Notes under the pieces: model-generated
What the model was told of the DNA's origin: nothing
The model's input: only the letters and a program-made list of their open reading frames with translations
The model's database searches: none
Shown here: positions 10,718-23,100 of the stretch, in pieces
How positions within the stretch are numbered: the first letter of the stretch is position 1
How the letters are laid out: each line of letters starts with the position of its first letter
Assembly: GCA_965240325.2 (NCBI GenBank)
Contig: OZ251239.1
Coordinates: 310,001-374,000, forward strand
Source of the DNA: Rebecca billardiae RCC1528
Taxonomy: Eukaryota > Protista > Haptophyta
Length of the DNA: 64,000 bases
Direction of reading: 5' to 3'
Position numbers and translations under genes: made by a program

Positions 10718-11447
10718 GGTGATCATATCTTCGCGTTCCCCGGTCCGGCGGCACAAGCAAGGGTCGCGCACCCACGCCCGCGGTCCATGGCGCGCGCGCG
10801 CGCGGCGTATTATTGTACCGGCGCATCCCACTTCAAGATTGAAGATCCCACCCCGGCACGCCCGCCGCCACGCGCCCGCCCGGCCACCCACCTGGAGGGT
10901 CTGAAAGCCCTGAGATTATATTGAATCAGGCGCGGGATTGTTCGGGATGAAATGTTGCGTTAGGGATTGTTCGGGATGAAATGTTGCATTAGGGATGAAT
11001 TGAGGCGGCCGTTGGGCAGTTGCAGATTAATACGGATCCGTCCTCACCTGCTAGCAACCGGCTCTATTTATAGGGAGCGCATTCGAGCAGATATAAACCC
11101 CGTCGTTCCATTGTTCGAAAATGGGCGTCGCCGCCTTCCCGGGGGGGCTTTCAAATCAAGAGATCGATGACTTCTTATGTGACGCGCCTCGCTAATATAA
11201 TAGTACTGGTTCTCCGTCGGACGCGATTTAATCGTCGCGAAGCGCTTTTAACTTATTTTCGTGAATAGACGAACCGCTACCCGAATACTAGACGGGGAGG
11301 GCCCTCGGTGGAACGCCCTGGTACCTCGAACAGGACGACTTTGGCGCGCGTCGACGAGGCTGCCCAGCGCGCGTGTTCGGCCCTCCAGCCGATCCCACCC
11401 GCTCTGCCGCGATTCCGCGAAGCGTCACCGTCGCGTCCCCGCGCCCG

Positions 11448-12350
11448 ATGGTGCGCAGCAGCCCTGCCGAGAACCTGAAAGACCTCTGGGCCTCGGAGCC
11501 GTCCCTCCTGATCGGCCCAGCCGTCGCGTCGCTGGCGCTCGGTGCGCTTTGGACACTGCCCAGCTTCGCCGCGTTCGCTTCCGTGCGCGGCATCGAGCCG
11601 TGGGGATGGGCGCCGGCCCTGCAGTACACCGTCTTCGCGATCCTGCTGTCGTTCGGCTTCCACGGCGCGGTGAGCACGTTCGTCGAGGATGATCTCAAGC
11701 TGCAGGCCACGCCGCGCACGCCTCTCCGCTCGACCGCCACGCGCTCAACCGCCGTCCTGCTCACGTCGCTCGTGTACACCGCGTTGCCGCTCCGCCCGGT
11801 CTCGGCATCGTGGTGGGAGTTCCTCTGGACCTGCGCGCTCTACGCGGTCTTCTGGGACGCTGAGTTCTACACCCTCCACCGGCTGTCCCACCGCTACGGC
11901 TGGATGTACCGCACCGTGCACAAGCTCCACCACACGATCAAGGACCCCAACTGCTTCACGGCCTACTACGTCACGTATGCGAGCCACTTCTTGCTTGAGC
12001 AGGCCCCCACCATCGCGTGCTGCATCGCGTTCCTGCCACGCGATGCCTTCATCTTCTCGATCTACCTCGCCACGCTTAGCACGTACGTCGACCACGGCGG
12101 CTTCGACGTGAAGGACAAGAAGCTGTTCGGCGAGCTCACGTTCGGTCAAGTGCTCACCTTCCTGTACGCCAACGTTGCGCCGCTTGGCCTCGTCGAGACG
12201 TGCCACCACGACTACCACCACGAGCGCTTCAACTACAACTACTCGCTCTACTTCACCTACCTGGACAAGCTCTTCGGCACCTATCACCAGGGGCGCACGG
12301 CTCCAGCAAAGGCTGCGGCTTCAACGGCTGCTGACGACAAGGAGGATTAG
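11448..12350 (+). CDS. fatty acid hydroxylase/sterol desaturase superfamily membrane enzyme (ERG3/ERG25-like)
   Basis: His boxes HRLSH, HKLHH, DH, HHDYHH followed by NY..YFTYLDKLFGT. Confidence 0.9.
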   Translation: MVRSSPAENLKDLWASEPSLLIGPAVASLALGALWTLPSFAAFASVRGIEPWGWAPALQYTVFAILLSFGFHGAVSTFVEDDLKLQATPRTPLRSTATRSTAVLLTSLVYTALPLRPVSASWWEFLWTCALYAVFWDAEFYTLHRLSHRYGWMYRTVHKLHHTIKDPNCFTAYYVTYASHFLLEQAPTIACCIAFLPRDAFIFSIYLATLSTYVDHGGFDVKDKKLFGELTFGQVLTFLYANVAPLGLVETCHHDYHHERFNYNYSLYFTYLDKLFGTYHQGRTAPAKAAASTAADDKED

Positions 12351-13932
12351 TTAGTCTTGTTTGCGGATTGAGAAGACGCGATGCCGATGGCGTCGATGGG
12401 GTTCGAGAGGTGGCTGGTGGTTCAGCCGGTGGCTGGAGCGTTACTAGTACATCGATCGATAGCTTGATAATAACATGGAGATCGGCTGGCGGATGGCGCC
12501 GTACTCTGAATCTGATTATTGATTGTCGATATGATCTGCTACTTATTGTAATACTTATTACTGATTATCGGGCTCCCGCCGCCCCGCCAGACCCGCGGCC
12601 CGTCGGGCTCGGCCGTCCGGCCCGTAAGTATGACCTAACCCTGGCAGGCGGCTATGCCGCGAATCAAGGCCTATATGACCGGCCATGACCGATGATATTG
12701 GCCGCTAGGTGGCCATGGCCGATGGATAGCGGTCGATCAGCCATCTGGCATCTCTGGCCGATGGGTATTGGCCGATGGCCGTCCGGCAGGCCGCGCCGGA
12801 CGGCCATCCTGCCGGACGGCACCGCGGCCACGGCGCCGTGGCGCGTGGCCGCGTGCGCACGCCACGCGGGCTGCAGCACTGTCCGAATCTGCACGGTCGT
12901 AGTCCGAGAGGGCGGCCCCGGGGCTTGGCCGACCCAACTCGGGCAACTGGTGGACTTGTTGAGCCCCAGAGTGGCGGTCTCGACCGAGCGTGGCAGGTGA
13001 CGGTGTGTGTGTGTGTGTTATTAATCTGATCAGATATTCAGAGTAATAATCATATTCAGACTATTAGCAGATGTCTATTGTAGCAAGATATCTGCGCGCC
13101 GGCCCGGCGAGTGAAGGACGCGAGGTGCAGGCGGCGAGCCCGGTGAGACTCCGAGGGCGAGTCAGCGGCCGCACCCGCGACCGCGACCGCGCCCACTCCC
13201 GCGCCCACGACCCCTACTTCTGCCACGGCACTGCCAGCAGCGCCATTGGTCTGCCGCGACGCGGCGACTGCTGCGGCAGCCTCAGGGCGAGCGGACGAGC
13301 GGTGGCTGCCGCAGCACAGTAGTCGGCTGCAAGCAGCTTCTGCGACGAAGTCATGCCCAGACAGAGTCGACGAGCTGACTGACCAGACAGCAGCTGACCT
13401 CGTTGGGGCCTGCCAGGATACGTTCTGCGCCCGAGTGGTGAATAACAGTGCGACGAAAAAGAAAATAAAGTAGTATATATGATTATTGTTATATAATACA
13501 TTTTATTCATTTGTTCGTCGTCGGCCACTGGCCGATGAACGGGCGAAAGTGGGCATCTTGTGGCCGACGGGTTGGCCGACGCAAGTCGAGGCTTGATTCG
13601 CACACAGGCAGGCGGTCTGCCCACAATTAATGGACTACTACGAATATATGATGACAGCGCCATATTAGGCGCCATATCAATAGTTAGATGGATCATCAGC
13701 CAAGTTACCGCTCCAATATGTTCATCATGATTCAGACTCTATTTCGACAACTAACTACCCAGTCTTAGTCCAGTGCCATTTTTGCATTTGTATACAGCAG
13801 GTGTCCCGCGGATCGCTGGCCCGCCGGATTCCATCCGCGGATTCGGGCAATTCGGCGCGGGATTGTGCGCTGAGACCTGAGAGTACAAGGGACGGGTAAT
13901 TGAAACACAGTAATAATAAAATAGAGTCTGAA

Positions 13933-13934
<2 letters not shown>

Positions 13935-14003
<69 letters not shown>
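13935..14003. repeat. (TA)n microsatellite
   Basis: directly visible. Confidence 0.97.
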
Positions 14004-14005
<2 letters not shown>

Positions 14006-14180
14006 TTGGGAGGTCGTGACAGACGTGGTCTGATGCCCCATCATTTCTCGTAGTACTCGTAGTTGATGAAGACATCAATCAATTCCGGGGGGACGGGGGG
14101 GTTCGGAAGGGTCAAGGGACTCGGCTCGGCATGGTCCGCTTGGTTGGCTTATTCGGCTCAGGCCCAAGACGTAACGGAGC

Positions 14181-14230
14181 TACAGTTTACTACTAGAATA
14201 AGAGACGCACACAGCTCAGGCAGGCGAGAT
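14181..14230 (-). repeat. dispersed ~50-bp repeat B
   Basis: ATCTCGCCTGCCTGAGCTGTGTGCGTCTCTTATTCTAGTAGTAAACTGTA; related copies at 53349-53400 (+), 59949-59991 (-), 63895-63940 (+). Confidence 0.85.
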
Positions 14231-14797
14231 TGACGCCCGCCAACTGTCACCGCCCATGATGATGAAGCCGTCGCCGATGGTAGCGCCGCCGGAAAAATTC
14301 GTTCAGCCGTCCGCCTGCGAGGTCTGGATGAGGGCTGCGGCCACCTCGCGGCGCGCCAGCGCCCGTCGTCCTCGCCCCACCGTCGTCCACAAAACGTCGT
14401 CGTCCGAACTCGCCGACTGGGCGCCGATGCGACAGCGCGCCGACAGGATGAGGATGTAGCGGTAGGGATAATGTAGAGCCCTGGCACTGTCGGTAGGGGC
14501 CGGTCACCACGGCGAGCTGGAGCCTGCAGCCGGCAGGTCAAGTGTTAAATATACTTATTATAATTTAAATAACACCAGTGACGATATATATATAAGCTCA
14601 TCAGTATAAGTGTACCAGCCGCCAAGTGCTCGGCGTTTATTGAATAATTTATTTTAAAATAATGTTTTATAATTATATATATAATATATAATTAATAATA
14701 CCAGCAGTCGTCAGACGAAATATACGTGCGGTAAGGCCAGCGTCAGTGTTAGTAGTGTTCGAAACTAGACGCAGTCGTCATTTGCACGGCTCCGCTT

Positions 14798-16582
14798 TCA
14801 TCCTCGATTCCTCGTCCGTGCAGTCTCGGCTCTCGCCACCGTGCCATCGGCGGAGCCTGCGCGTGGCTGCAGGACCGGAGGCGGTGGCGGGGAGCCCTCG
14901 ACGACTGCCCGCTGCGACGGTAATGGCGACGCGCCTGGCCGCGCCGCCACCCGATCGGCACTTCCTTGCCCTGCCTGCGCCGACGGCCCGCCGCCGCGTG
15001 CGCGCTGCCGGGCCAGCCTGCGCGCGACCGCCGCCTCCGCGTGCAGGCGCGGCGCTTTGGGCGGCTCGACAGGCACGCCGCGTGCGTCGAGCCGAACCGG
15101 CAGCGGCTCGGGCTCGACGGGTGGCGGCTCGTCCGAGCGCAGAGCGTGCGCGCCGACCAGCGGCGCCCCGTCCACGCCCGCGCTACCGCTCCGCGACGTA
15201 CTGCGGCGGCGCGACGCTCGCGCATGCCGCAGCTTCTCGGCAAACTCGAGGGCGCGCTCGCGGGCGTGCGCGGCGCGCGCTTCGCGCTCCTCCTGCGCCT
15301 TGCGCATCTTGGCGACGATGTCGTTCTCGCTGGGGGCGCCGCCCTGGCAGCGGCGGAGGCAGCGGTCGCCCATCGTCCCCGCGATGTCCACGAGCGCGCT
15401 CACCAGCAGCGCCGTCACCCCGAGCGCGAGCAGGTAGAACCACAGGCCCCACGTTGCAAAGTGCTCGATCGAGGGCGAGAGGTCGCCCAGCCCGATGGTC
15501 GTGAACGTGATCAGCGAGAAGTAGAAGGCGTCGCCGACGCTCCAGCCCTCGGCGGCGGCGTTGAGCAGGCTCGAGCTGAGCAGCATGAGCACCGCGAGGC
15601 ACACCGCCGTGTACCAGCGGTACGACGCCATGCTCTGGCTCAGCACCGCCTGCTTGAGCGCCGGACGCTTCGCGAGCGCGTGCGAAAAGGCCGCGTATGT
15701 GACGTGCTGCTCGGAGGCGTGCGCGCCCTCGGTGCTGGGGGAGGCATGCGGCGCAGCGTGGCCGGCCTCGGCGCGCGCCGCGCCCTGCGCGCCCACCGCC
15801 CCGCCGCCGCCCTCCGCCTCCGCCTCCGCCTCCGCCTCCGCCTCCTTCGCGTCCTCCATCAGCTGCTCGAACTGCGCAAGCGTGAGGCGCGCGTCGAGTG
15901 ACGTGAGCATCTGCGCCATCTCGTCGCGCGAGAGCGAGCCCGAGCTGTCGACGTCGAAGAGGTCGAAGGCCATCTTGAGCCGGTCGACGCGCATGAGCGC
16001 GAACGCCGTCAGCTCGACCAGCGAGACCAGCCGCTCCGCCAGCTTCACGTACGTCGTCGCCGTGATCGCGATCCCCAGCGGTGCGTACACGCACGCAAAC
16101 GCGCGCCCCGCGCCCGTCTGCGGCGTGAACGAGCCGTAGCCGATGGTGGTCATCAGCGTGAAGGAGAAGAGCGCGGCGCCGTCGAAGGACCAGTTCACGC
16201 TCCACGGCTTTCTCCACGTCTCGTCGCCGATGTACCCCTCGAGCTGAGCGAACAGCTCGGGCTCAGTCCGCTCCTCAACCGCGAGCAGCACGTCGCGCCG
16301 AGCGCGCCGCTCCTGCACCTCGGCGGGGAGCTCGAGGAAGGGGAAGACGCACGCGCCCATGTACAGGTAGAGCACAAATATCGCGAGCCAGCGCAGCAGC
16401 GCCATCACCTCGGGCAGCCTGCGGCACGAGAAGCGTGCGCCGATCAGCACGACAAGGTAGAGGCCCGTGAGCTGGCCCGCGTGGTTGAGCACGTCGCCCG
16501 TGATGTGGTTGCGGTGCATCATCTGCTCGTCATCGACGACGTCTTCCTCGGGTGCGTGCAGGAGCGTCGGGTGGTTCCCCAT
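14798..16582 (-). CDS. two-pore-domain (K2P) potassium channel with an internal EF-hand
   Basis: pore signatures TTIGYG and TTIGLG, each preceded by W...A..F; EF-hand DVDSSGSLSRDE between the pore domains; C-terminal extent uncertain. Confidence 0.9.
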   Translation of the reverse strand: MGNHPTLLHAPEEDVVDDEQMMHRNHITGDVLNHAGQLTGLYLVVLIGARFSCRRLPEVMALLRWLAIFVLYLYMGACVFPFLELPAEVQERRARRDVLLAVEERTEPELFAQLEGYIGDETWRKPWSVNWSFDGAALFSFTLMTTIGYGSFTPQTGAGRAFACVYAPLGIAITATTYVKLAERLVSLVELTAFALMRVDRLKMAFDLFDVDSSGSLSRDEMAQMLTSLDARLTLAQFEQLMEDAKEAEAEAEAEAEGGGGAVGAQGAARAEAGHAAPHASPSTEGAHASEQHVTYAAFSHALAKRPALKQAVLSQSMASYRWYTAVCLAVLMLLSSSLLNAAAEGWSVGDAFYFSLITFTTIGLGDLSPSIEHFATWGLWFYLLALGVTALLVSALVDIAGTMGDRCLRRCQGGAPSENDIVAKMRKAQEEREARAAHARERALEFAEKLRHARASRRRSTSRSGSAGVDGAPLVGAHALRSDEPPPVEPEPLPVRLDARGVPVEPPKAPRLHAEAAVARRLARQRARGGGPSAQAGQGSADRVAARPGASPLPSQRAVVEGSPPPPPVLQPRAGSADGTVARAETARTRNRG

Positions 16583-16934
16583 CCTGCCCACCCCCGCGCG
16601 CGCTCGAGCGCGCGCGGGCCGCCGGTGGGTGTGATGAGCAGGGCACGTTTGGGCAGCAGCCAAGCAGCCCACCGCTCGCCACTGCAGCTGCACACCTCCA
16701 CCGGGGCGGCGTGATGGCTGTGAATATGGCGGCGCCGTTCAGCCGAGATCGATGATTGGTCACAGCCCAACGGACGAATACAGCGCGCTGAGCAACCACC
16801 GACGAGCTCGTCGCGTCCCGAAGACGAAGTGCGTGTTGTCGTGCGGCATGCGGCTCTTCCTTCGAGCCGTGCGCGAGCTCTTGCTGCGCGTTTCAGTCGT
16901 CTCACGCGCCCCCCTCTTCCTTGCGCTCCTGAAG

Positions 16935-17663
16935 ATGGACAGGAAGATTGAGATCGGATACTGGGGGATCCGCGGCCTTGCGGCGCCGCTGCGCATGATG
17001 TGCGTGTACAAGTCGGCAAACTGGGTGGACGTCGCCTACAACACCTCACGCAAGGCGGATGGCAGCTGGGACCAGGACGGCTGGTTCGAGGAGGCTAAGC
17101 CCAAACTGCGCGAGATGAACCCCCTCATCAACCTGCCATACGTGAAGACGGGCGACGACGAGATCGTGTCGCAGTCGAACGCGTGCCTGCTCTACCTCTC
17201 CCGCCGCTTCGGCCTCGCCGGTCTGACAGAGCGTGAGCAGAGCGACAACGAGCAGTGCCTCTTCCAGGTCTTCGATCTTCGTAACGACCACATCGCTCTC
17301 GTGTACACGGACTCTGAGCTCGAGAGCGCGGAGAGCCCCACCGCGCACTTTGACGCCAACAAGGGCGCGTACCTCGAGAGCACGGTGCCGACGCACTACG
17401 CCAAGTTCGAGGCGTGGCTGGGGAAGTACGGCCGCAAGTTCCTGGTCAAGGACGAGCCGCTCGCCGCGGACTTCCACCTGTGGGAGATGCTCGACCAGCA
17501 CGAGGCCTTGGCGAAGAGTCTCAGCAAGCCGTCGCTGCTGGACGGCTACCCGCAGCTCAAACGGTACTACGCGGACTTCCGGTCCCTCCCGCAGATGAAG
17601 CCCTACTTCGACTCGCCGATGAGCAAGTACCCCATCAACCTGCCCATGGCTACGTTCATGTAG
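16935..17663 (+). CDS. glutathione S-transferase, mu-like
   Basis: IGYWGIRGLAAPLR, NLPY, SQSNA, mu-loop-like WDQDGWFEEAK; in-frame upstream ATG at 16848 could add a 29-aa targeting peptide. Confidence 0.9.
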   Translation: MDRKIEIGYWGIRGLAAPLRMMCVYKSANWVDVAYNTSRKADGSWDQDGWFEEAKPKLREMNPLINLPYVKTGDDEIVSQSNACLLYLSRRFGLAGLTEREQSDNEQCLFQVFDLRNDHIALVYTDSELESAESPTAHFDANKGAYLESTVPTHYAKFEAWLGKYGRKFLVKDEPLAADFHLWEMLDQHEALAKSLSKPSLLDGYPQLKRYYADFRSLPQMKPYFDSPMSKYPINLPMATFM

Positions 17664-18861
17664 GCCCCGTGTTGAACTGCGGCTGACGTGGATGGGAAGC
17701 ACGCGCGACGATGACACTGCTGCGGACTAGTCGGCGCGCTGATGATATACAGGCCAATCGCGGGCAATAAGAAGTCAGAGGTCTCACGGCTAGTTTCGGT
17801 TTCTTAGCCGTTCGGTAGCCCGAGCGCCTACGGAGTCTCCGTTTCTTAGCTAGGTCCGCCCGCCGCGCAGGCGCGGGGCGGGCGCAGGGGGGCAGAGCCT
17901 CTCCGCAGTCGGAGCCCCCCGCCGAGTGGCCGCTGACGGTCTTTAGGCCCGGCCGGCGAGGCGCCGAGAAAATTTTGGCGGGCTTTTTTGAGCAAATCTG
18001 GCATATGATGTTGCATGGATGCTGCGGTGCACTGGCCAGGAGTCAGTCATCAGGAGAAGTCGGGCCTTGGCCTGTACTCGTAGTCGGGCCGCGCACCGCG
18101 TCCCCGACGCGGGCCGACTGCGGCCTCGCCCTCGGCGGACCACTCCGCACTCGTCAGCCGGGACGACGTAGTCCCGGGTTCTTAGTGTGACTATGCGTAT
18201 AGCGCGAACCAGCCAATCGCTAGTCTCAGTTTCTAGGCCAGATCCGCAGATAGCAAGCCCCAGTTTCTTAACGTGACAGCTCCCGTTATTGCCCGCGATT
18301 GCCTGTATGTATGATGATGCTCGGACAGCTCCGGGTAACTGCGTTGCACTGATGATTATTGACGATATTGATATGATTCTTGAATGATGAGTGATGACCG
18401 CGCTGCCGAGAGCACTCACACTACATATATATGTATATATACACATATATATAATATACGTCTCACTCGGAAGTCGCGCAGACCGCTCGTCGAGCCGAGT
18501 AGACTCTGAGTTAGTAGTCGCCATGTCTCGGACTCGGTCCGAGATATGCATATCATATAGTTATTGCATGATGCTCAATCAGCATCAAATAATCTGTCAA
18601 TCCTCATGCGGCGTAGACGACCCGGACCGATCGGTACTGCGCGATGCAGGCTAGCTCAAGTCTGAGTGAGACTGAACGTGCCGTGCAGCACGCGGCCACG
18701 AGTGGCCTGCCAGTCAGTCGCTCAGGCGCTGTCAGCGTCGCCGGCGCCGCCCGGCGCGCAGCCTACCCGAGCAGCAGCAGCATCTTCTCAGACGAATCAG
18801 AATTCAGAATATTGTTCGATCATCATCATCGGATGATATCCACATCAGTCATCAGCGCAGA

Positions 18862-18938
18862 CTGGCCAGTGCAGGGCTGGAGGCTTCGGCAGCCGGTCTG
18901 ATCACGGTCCGGAGCCCGTTATTATAAAGGGGAATTTA
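18862..18938 (+). repeat. repeat C, inverted partner of 27548-27618
   Basis: CTGGCCAG..AGGGCTGGAGGCTTCGGC..GTCTGATCAC..CCGGAGCCCGTTAT..AAAGGGGAATTTA on opposite strands. Confidence 0.85.
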
Positions 18939-20124
18939 TAAACTCTATTTTTTGTCTAATCAGGAGCCAGGCTGCTGACGATAAGACTCGTGAGGATAAT
19001 AATTTATTATACGTATAACTATATATATTATACAATTGACCGCAGCAGTCATGTCATCCGACAGTGTATGCCTAGATGCCGATGCTGATGCCGGCCGTAC
19101 TGCTGATAGGCGCGGTGCTTTTCAAATATCACGGCTGGAGGCACGGATCTCACTACAGTGGCGAGTGATCTATACTATCGACAATCGGCAACCCCAAGCC
19201 CCGAGCCGCGGGTATCCTAATCCGGGGCTGCCCGCATCGACATTCGACATGTATGTAACGTCCGTCTGCACCGCCCTCCGCCCGGGCTCCGGGGCGGGCC
19301 TCCTTCGCCCCGGCGGCGCCTGGTCGCTTCCCGGCGGTGTGGACCTGACAGCCTGTCGCCGCCACACGCGCGGTAGCTGTAGCCGTAGGGAGGATGTAGA
19401 CTTCTTCTTCAGTCTAACACGCGCTACTACCCGATTTCGTCTTAGCAGCTCAGTCCGACGGTCCGCTGGACCGCATCTGGCGCCGCGGCCGTGCGTCTAC
19501 GGGGCACGACCTGTACGCTCTCGCTGCACTGCCGCTGCGGCACGCGCCACGGTGACCTTGCGCACTCAGCGAGCATGCCATGCGTATCGACGAATGCCTA
19601 CCTCCGGTAGCCTATTGCAGGACACTGCTCGTTGATAGCAAGAAGTGGTAGTTGCTGAGTTGCATCTCCAAGCGAGCGCTTTTCGCATGAGGCCGTCGAC
19701 CGCCATTCGGCCGTCGTCCGACCGCACTTTATTTGCGGTTTTAAAAAAGCCACCAGCATAAAGCTCCCCACGCCGACGACGGGCGGCGCCGAGGTTCACC
19801 AAACGCCTGGCCGCGTGTCTACTGTCGGCCGCAAAATCAGCGATACGCGGTACAATCACGATTCACGAATCACGAACCGCGATGAGTCTCTGCAATTGTG
19901 ACTACGACCCTAAGTAGATACAAAGTAGGAGGCTGCAGCCGCCCGTTGGCCCTTGAAATGCCGCCGCCGGCGCCCGCGCACGCACGCGCAAAAGGCTTTG
20001 CACTACAACTGGAAAAGGCGCGCTCACCCCCGCCGCACTTTCATCGTGCCGCCGCCAAGTCGGACGCCCAAACCGCTCCAACGAGGCGCACGGCGTGCAC
20101 GCGCGGCGCCCGGCGCACAGGGTG

Positions 20125-23100
20125 ATGGCGAAGGCATCGGGGTCAGGCGAGCGTGAGCGCGCGGGTGCGCTCGAGGACGCGATTCGCATTGCTGAGCTCG
20201 AGGCGAGCGACGCCGCCGTCGCGCACCGCGTCGCCGCGTCACGCGTCGGCGCGGTCGCGCCGAGCGCAAGCGCCGCGCACGGCGCGTCCTCTGGCAAGCC
20301 GGCGGGTGTGGACGTGCTGGAGGTGGACGTCTCGCCGACGGACTCGCCGACGGAGACTTCGTCCACCAGCTCCTTCCCCGCGCCGCCGCCCTCCGCCGCG
20401 CCGCCGCGCCGCCGGCGCTGCCGGCTGCCGACGCCGCAGCACGCCGTCGAGCGAGCCGTCTCGCGCGCGTTCGGCCGCGTGGGCCTCTTCGTCGGCCGGC
20501 GGCCCGTGACGTCGATGGTGGGCTCGGTGCTGGTCGCACTGGCGCTCTCGAGCGGCCTGGCCAAGGTCAAGTTCGAGGCGCGCTCGCACAAGCTGTACAT
20601 CCCGCAGAACGACTTCATGGCCGACGACCGGCGCTACATCGAGGCGACGTTTGGCGACACGCCCGAGCCGGGCATCCTGATCGTCGGCCGCAAGGACGGC
20701 GCGCCGATCTCGAACCAGGCGACGATGCTCGCGATGCTCGACCTGCACGAGCGCGTCGCCTCGCTCACCGTCGAGCACGCCGGCGCGAACGTGAGCTACG
20801 CCGACGTGTGCTACCGCCGGTTCGTCGGCATGCTCGGGCGGTACGAGTGCGTGGTGAGCTCGCCGCTCGAGCTGTGGTGGTACCAGCGCGAGCAGCTGCT
20901 GGCCGACACGGAGGTGGGGAGCACGATGCGCGACGCGCTGGAGACGCACAACCAGGACTTTGGCACCGAGGACGGCCGCATCATGGCGCTGCAGCTCAAG
21001 TACTTCTTCGAGCCGCGCGCGCCCGTCGACACGGACGGGCGCTACGGCGCGTACCGCGCGTGGGAGGCGGCGATGCGTGAGAACATTCTCGGCGCGCGCG
21101 CGGAGGGCAGCGGCTCGGGCGAGGCGGACGGCGTGGTGGTGCACGTGCCCGCCGGCGGGTACGACGCGTCGACGAGCCCGCTCGCCGTCGCGTACTGGTC
21201 CACCAACTTCAACGAGGAGGAGGCGCAGTCCTTCGTGCAGGACGACTCGTACCTGATGGCTCTGTCGCTTGTCTTCATCACGGTGTACGTGTGCATCACG
21301 CTCGGCGGCGTCACGGCGGACTGCCGGCAGACGCGGCTGCTGCTCGGCTCGACGTGCGCGCTGTGCACCGGCCTCGCGATGTCGTCGGGCTTCGGCCTCG
21401 CCTCGATGCTCGGCGTGCCGCTCCAGCCCATCTCGCCCATCGTGTGCTTCACGCTGCTCGGCGTCGCGGTCGACGACATGATCATCATCGTGATGGCGTT
21501 TGAGGCGACCGACCCGGCGCGCGACGTGGCGGAGCGGCTGTCGCGCGCGCTCTCGCGCGCGGGCTCGACGATCACGGTCACATCGGTCACCTCCACCGTC
21601 GCCTTCCTCACCGGCTACTTCGTCGACTTCCCCGCGCTCGCGTACTTTTGCGTGCCGGCGTCGCTGTGCATCGTGATGGTGTACTTCCTCCAGATGACCT
21701 TCTTCGCGGCGTGCCTCACGCTCGACGCGCGGCGCGCGGCGGCGGGGCGGCTGGACTGCTGCCCGTGCGCCGTGCTCACCGACGACCAGGTCTACCGCGT
21801 GCCGCGCATGCTCGGGCGCGAGCCCTCGTCCGAGTCCAAGGCGCCGCGCGTGCGGCCGCTGCAGGTGTGCGTGAACAAGCACTGGGCGCGCGTGCTGCTC
21901 TCCAACCCGGTGCGCGTGCTCGTGCTCGTCGGGTTCCTCTCGCTCGCCGGCGTCTCGGCGTACCTGATGAAGCACCTCGCCGTCGGCCTCCCCGCGCGGC
22001 TCTCGCTGCCCGACGGCTCGCCCATCCTCGACTTCATCGACGGCCTCGACGAGTTCTGGCAGGGCACGCAGATGCAGGAGGTGGAGCTCGTGCTCCAAAA
22101 CGTCGACCTGGGCGATGGCGGCACGCTCAAGGCGATCAACCGCACGGTGGGCGCGCTGGAGGAGCTGCCCTTCGTGCTGCGCTTCGCGCCGCGCTGGGAC
22201 CAGGAGTACCTCAAGTGGCGCAACTGCACATGGGCCGAGGTGATGCGCACGGCCGACCTCGGCGCCGGCATCAACATGGACGCCTGGCTCGCGGACGACA
22301 AGGAGCACTCGTGCGGCGCGGACGCGCAGCGCGACGGCGCGGCCGAGGGCGAGGACGGCGAGGACGAGGACGGGGACGACCCGACGTGCGTGGATGACGA
22401 CGAGAGCTTCAAGCGCGTCAGCTCCGGCCGGCCGTGCAGCGTCGCCGTCACCCACTGCAAGCGGCCCGCGGCCGGCTGGCGCATCGTGTCGTCGCGCTGC
22501 CCCAAGACGTGCGGGCTGTGCCCGAAGCGAGGCGCGGCGGGCGCGGACGGCGAGGGCGGCGCGGACGGCGGCAGCGCGCAGGAGAAGGGTATGGCCTCCG
22601 CCGCCGCCGCGCCGCACCGCTCGCGCGCCAGCGCGCGCCGCCGCCACCGCGCCGCGGCGCGCTCCGACGCGCCCCCCATCGACATTGGCCCGAGCTCAGG
22701 GGCCGCCGCGGCCGCGGCCGCGGCCGGCGCGAGCCGCGGCGCCGACGGCGTGGCCGAGGCCGGGGCCGGCGCGCTCGTCGCCGAGCCCGCCGCCGAGCCC
22801 GGCGCGCTCGTCGCCGAGCCGCGCGGCGCGCGCCGCCGCCGTCTGCAGTTTGGGCCGGGCATCGTGCAGGGCGGGCGTCAGTTTGAAGGCGACGTCGTCT
22901 CGGGCGGCGGGCAGGTGGCGGCCGAGGCGCGCTTCTTCTTCTACGTGCGCATGAGCAACGACAACGCGGTCGCGTGGCAGGAGTACCGCACGATGGTGCG
23001 CGTGCTCGAGCGCGAGGCGAAGGCGCTGCCGGGCGCCATCGTGTACCACTTCAAGTACGAGTTCGCCTACTGCGACCTGATGATGCCGCTCTTTGGGCTC

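Noticed and set aside
10934-10997. TTAGGG hexamers as telomeric repeat
   Set aside because: Only two isolated copies, arising from a 29-bp duplication.
17860-17985. Relic hAT-like end resembling 62030-62100
   Set aside because: Only a short GAGGCG..GAAAATTTT similarity; no TIR pair or TSD could be defined.
20239-22647. 802-aa antisense ORF and similar overlapping ORFs across the window
   Set aside because: Shadow frames of real GC-rich genes.
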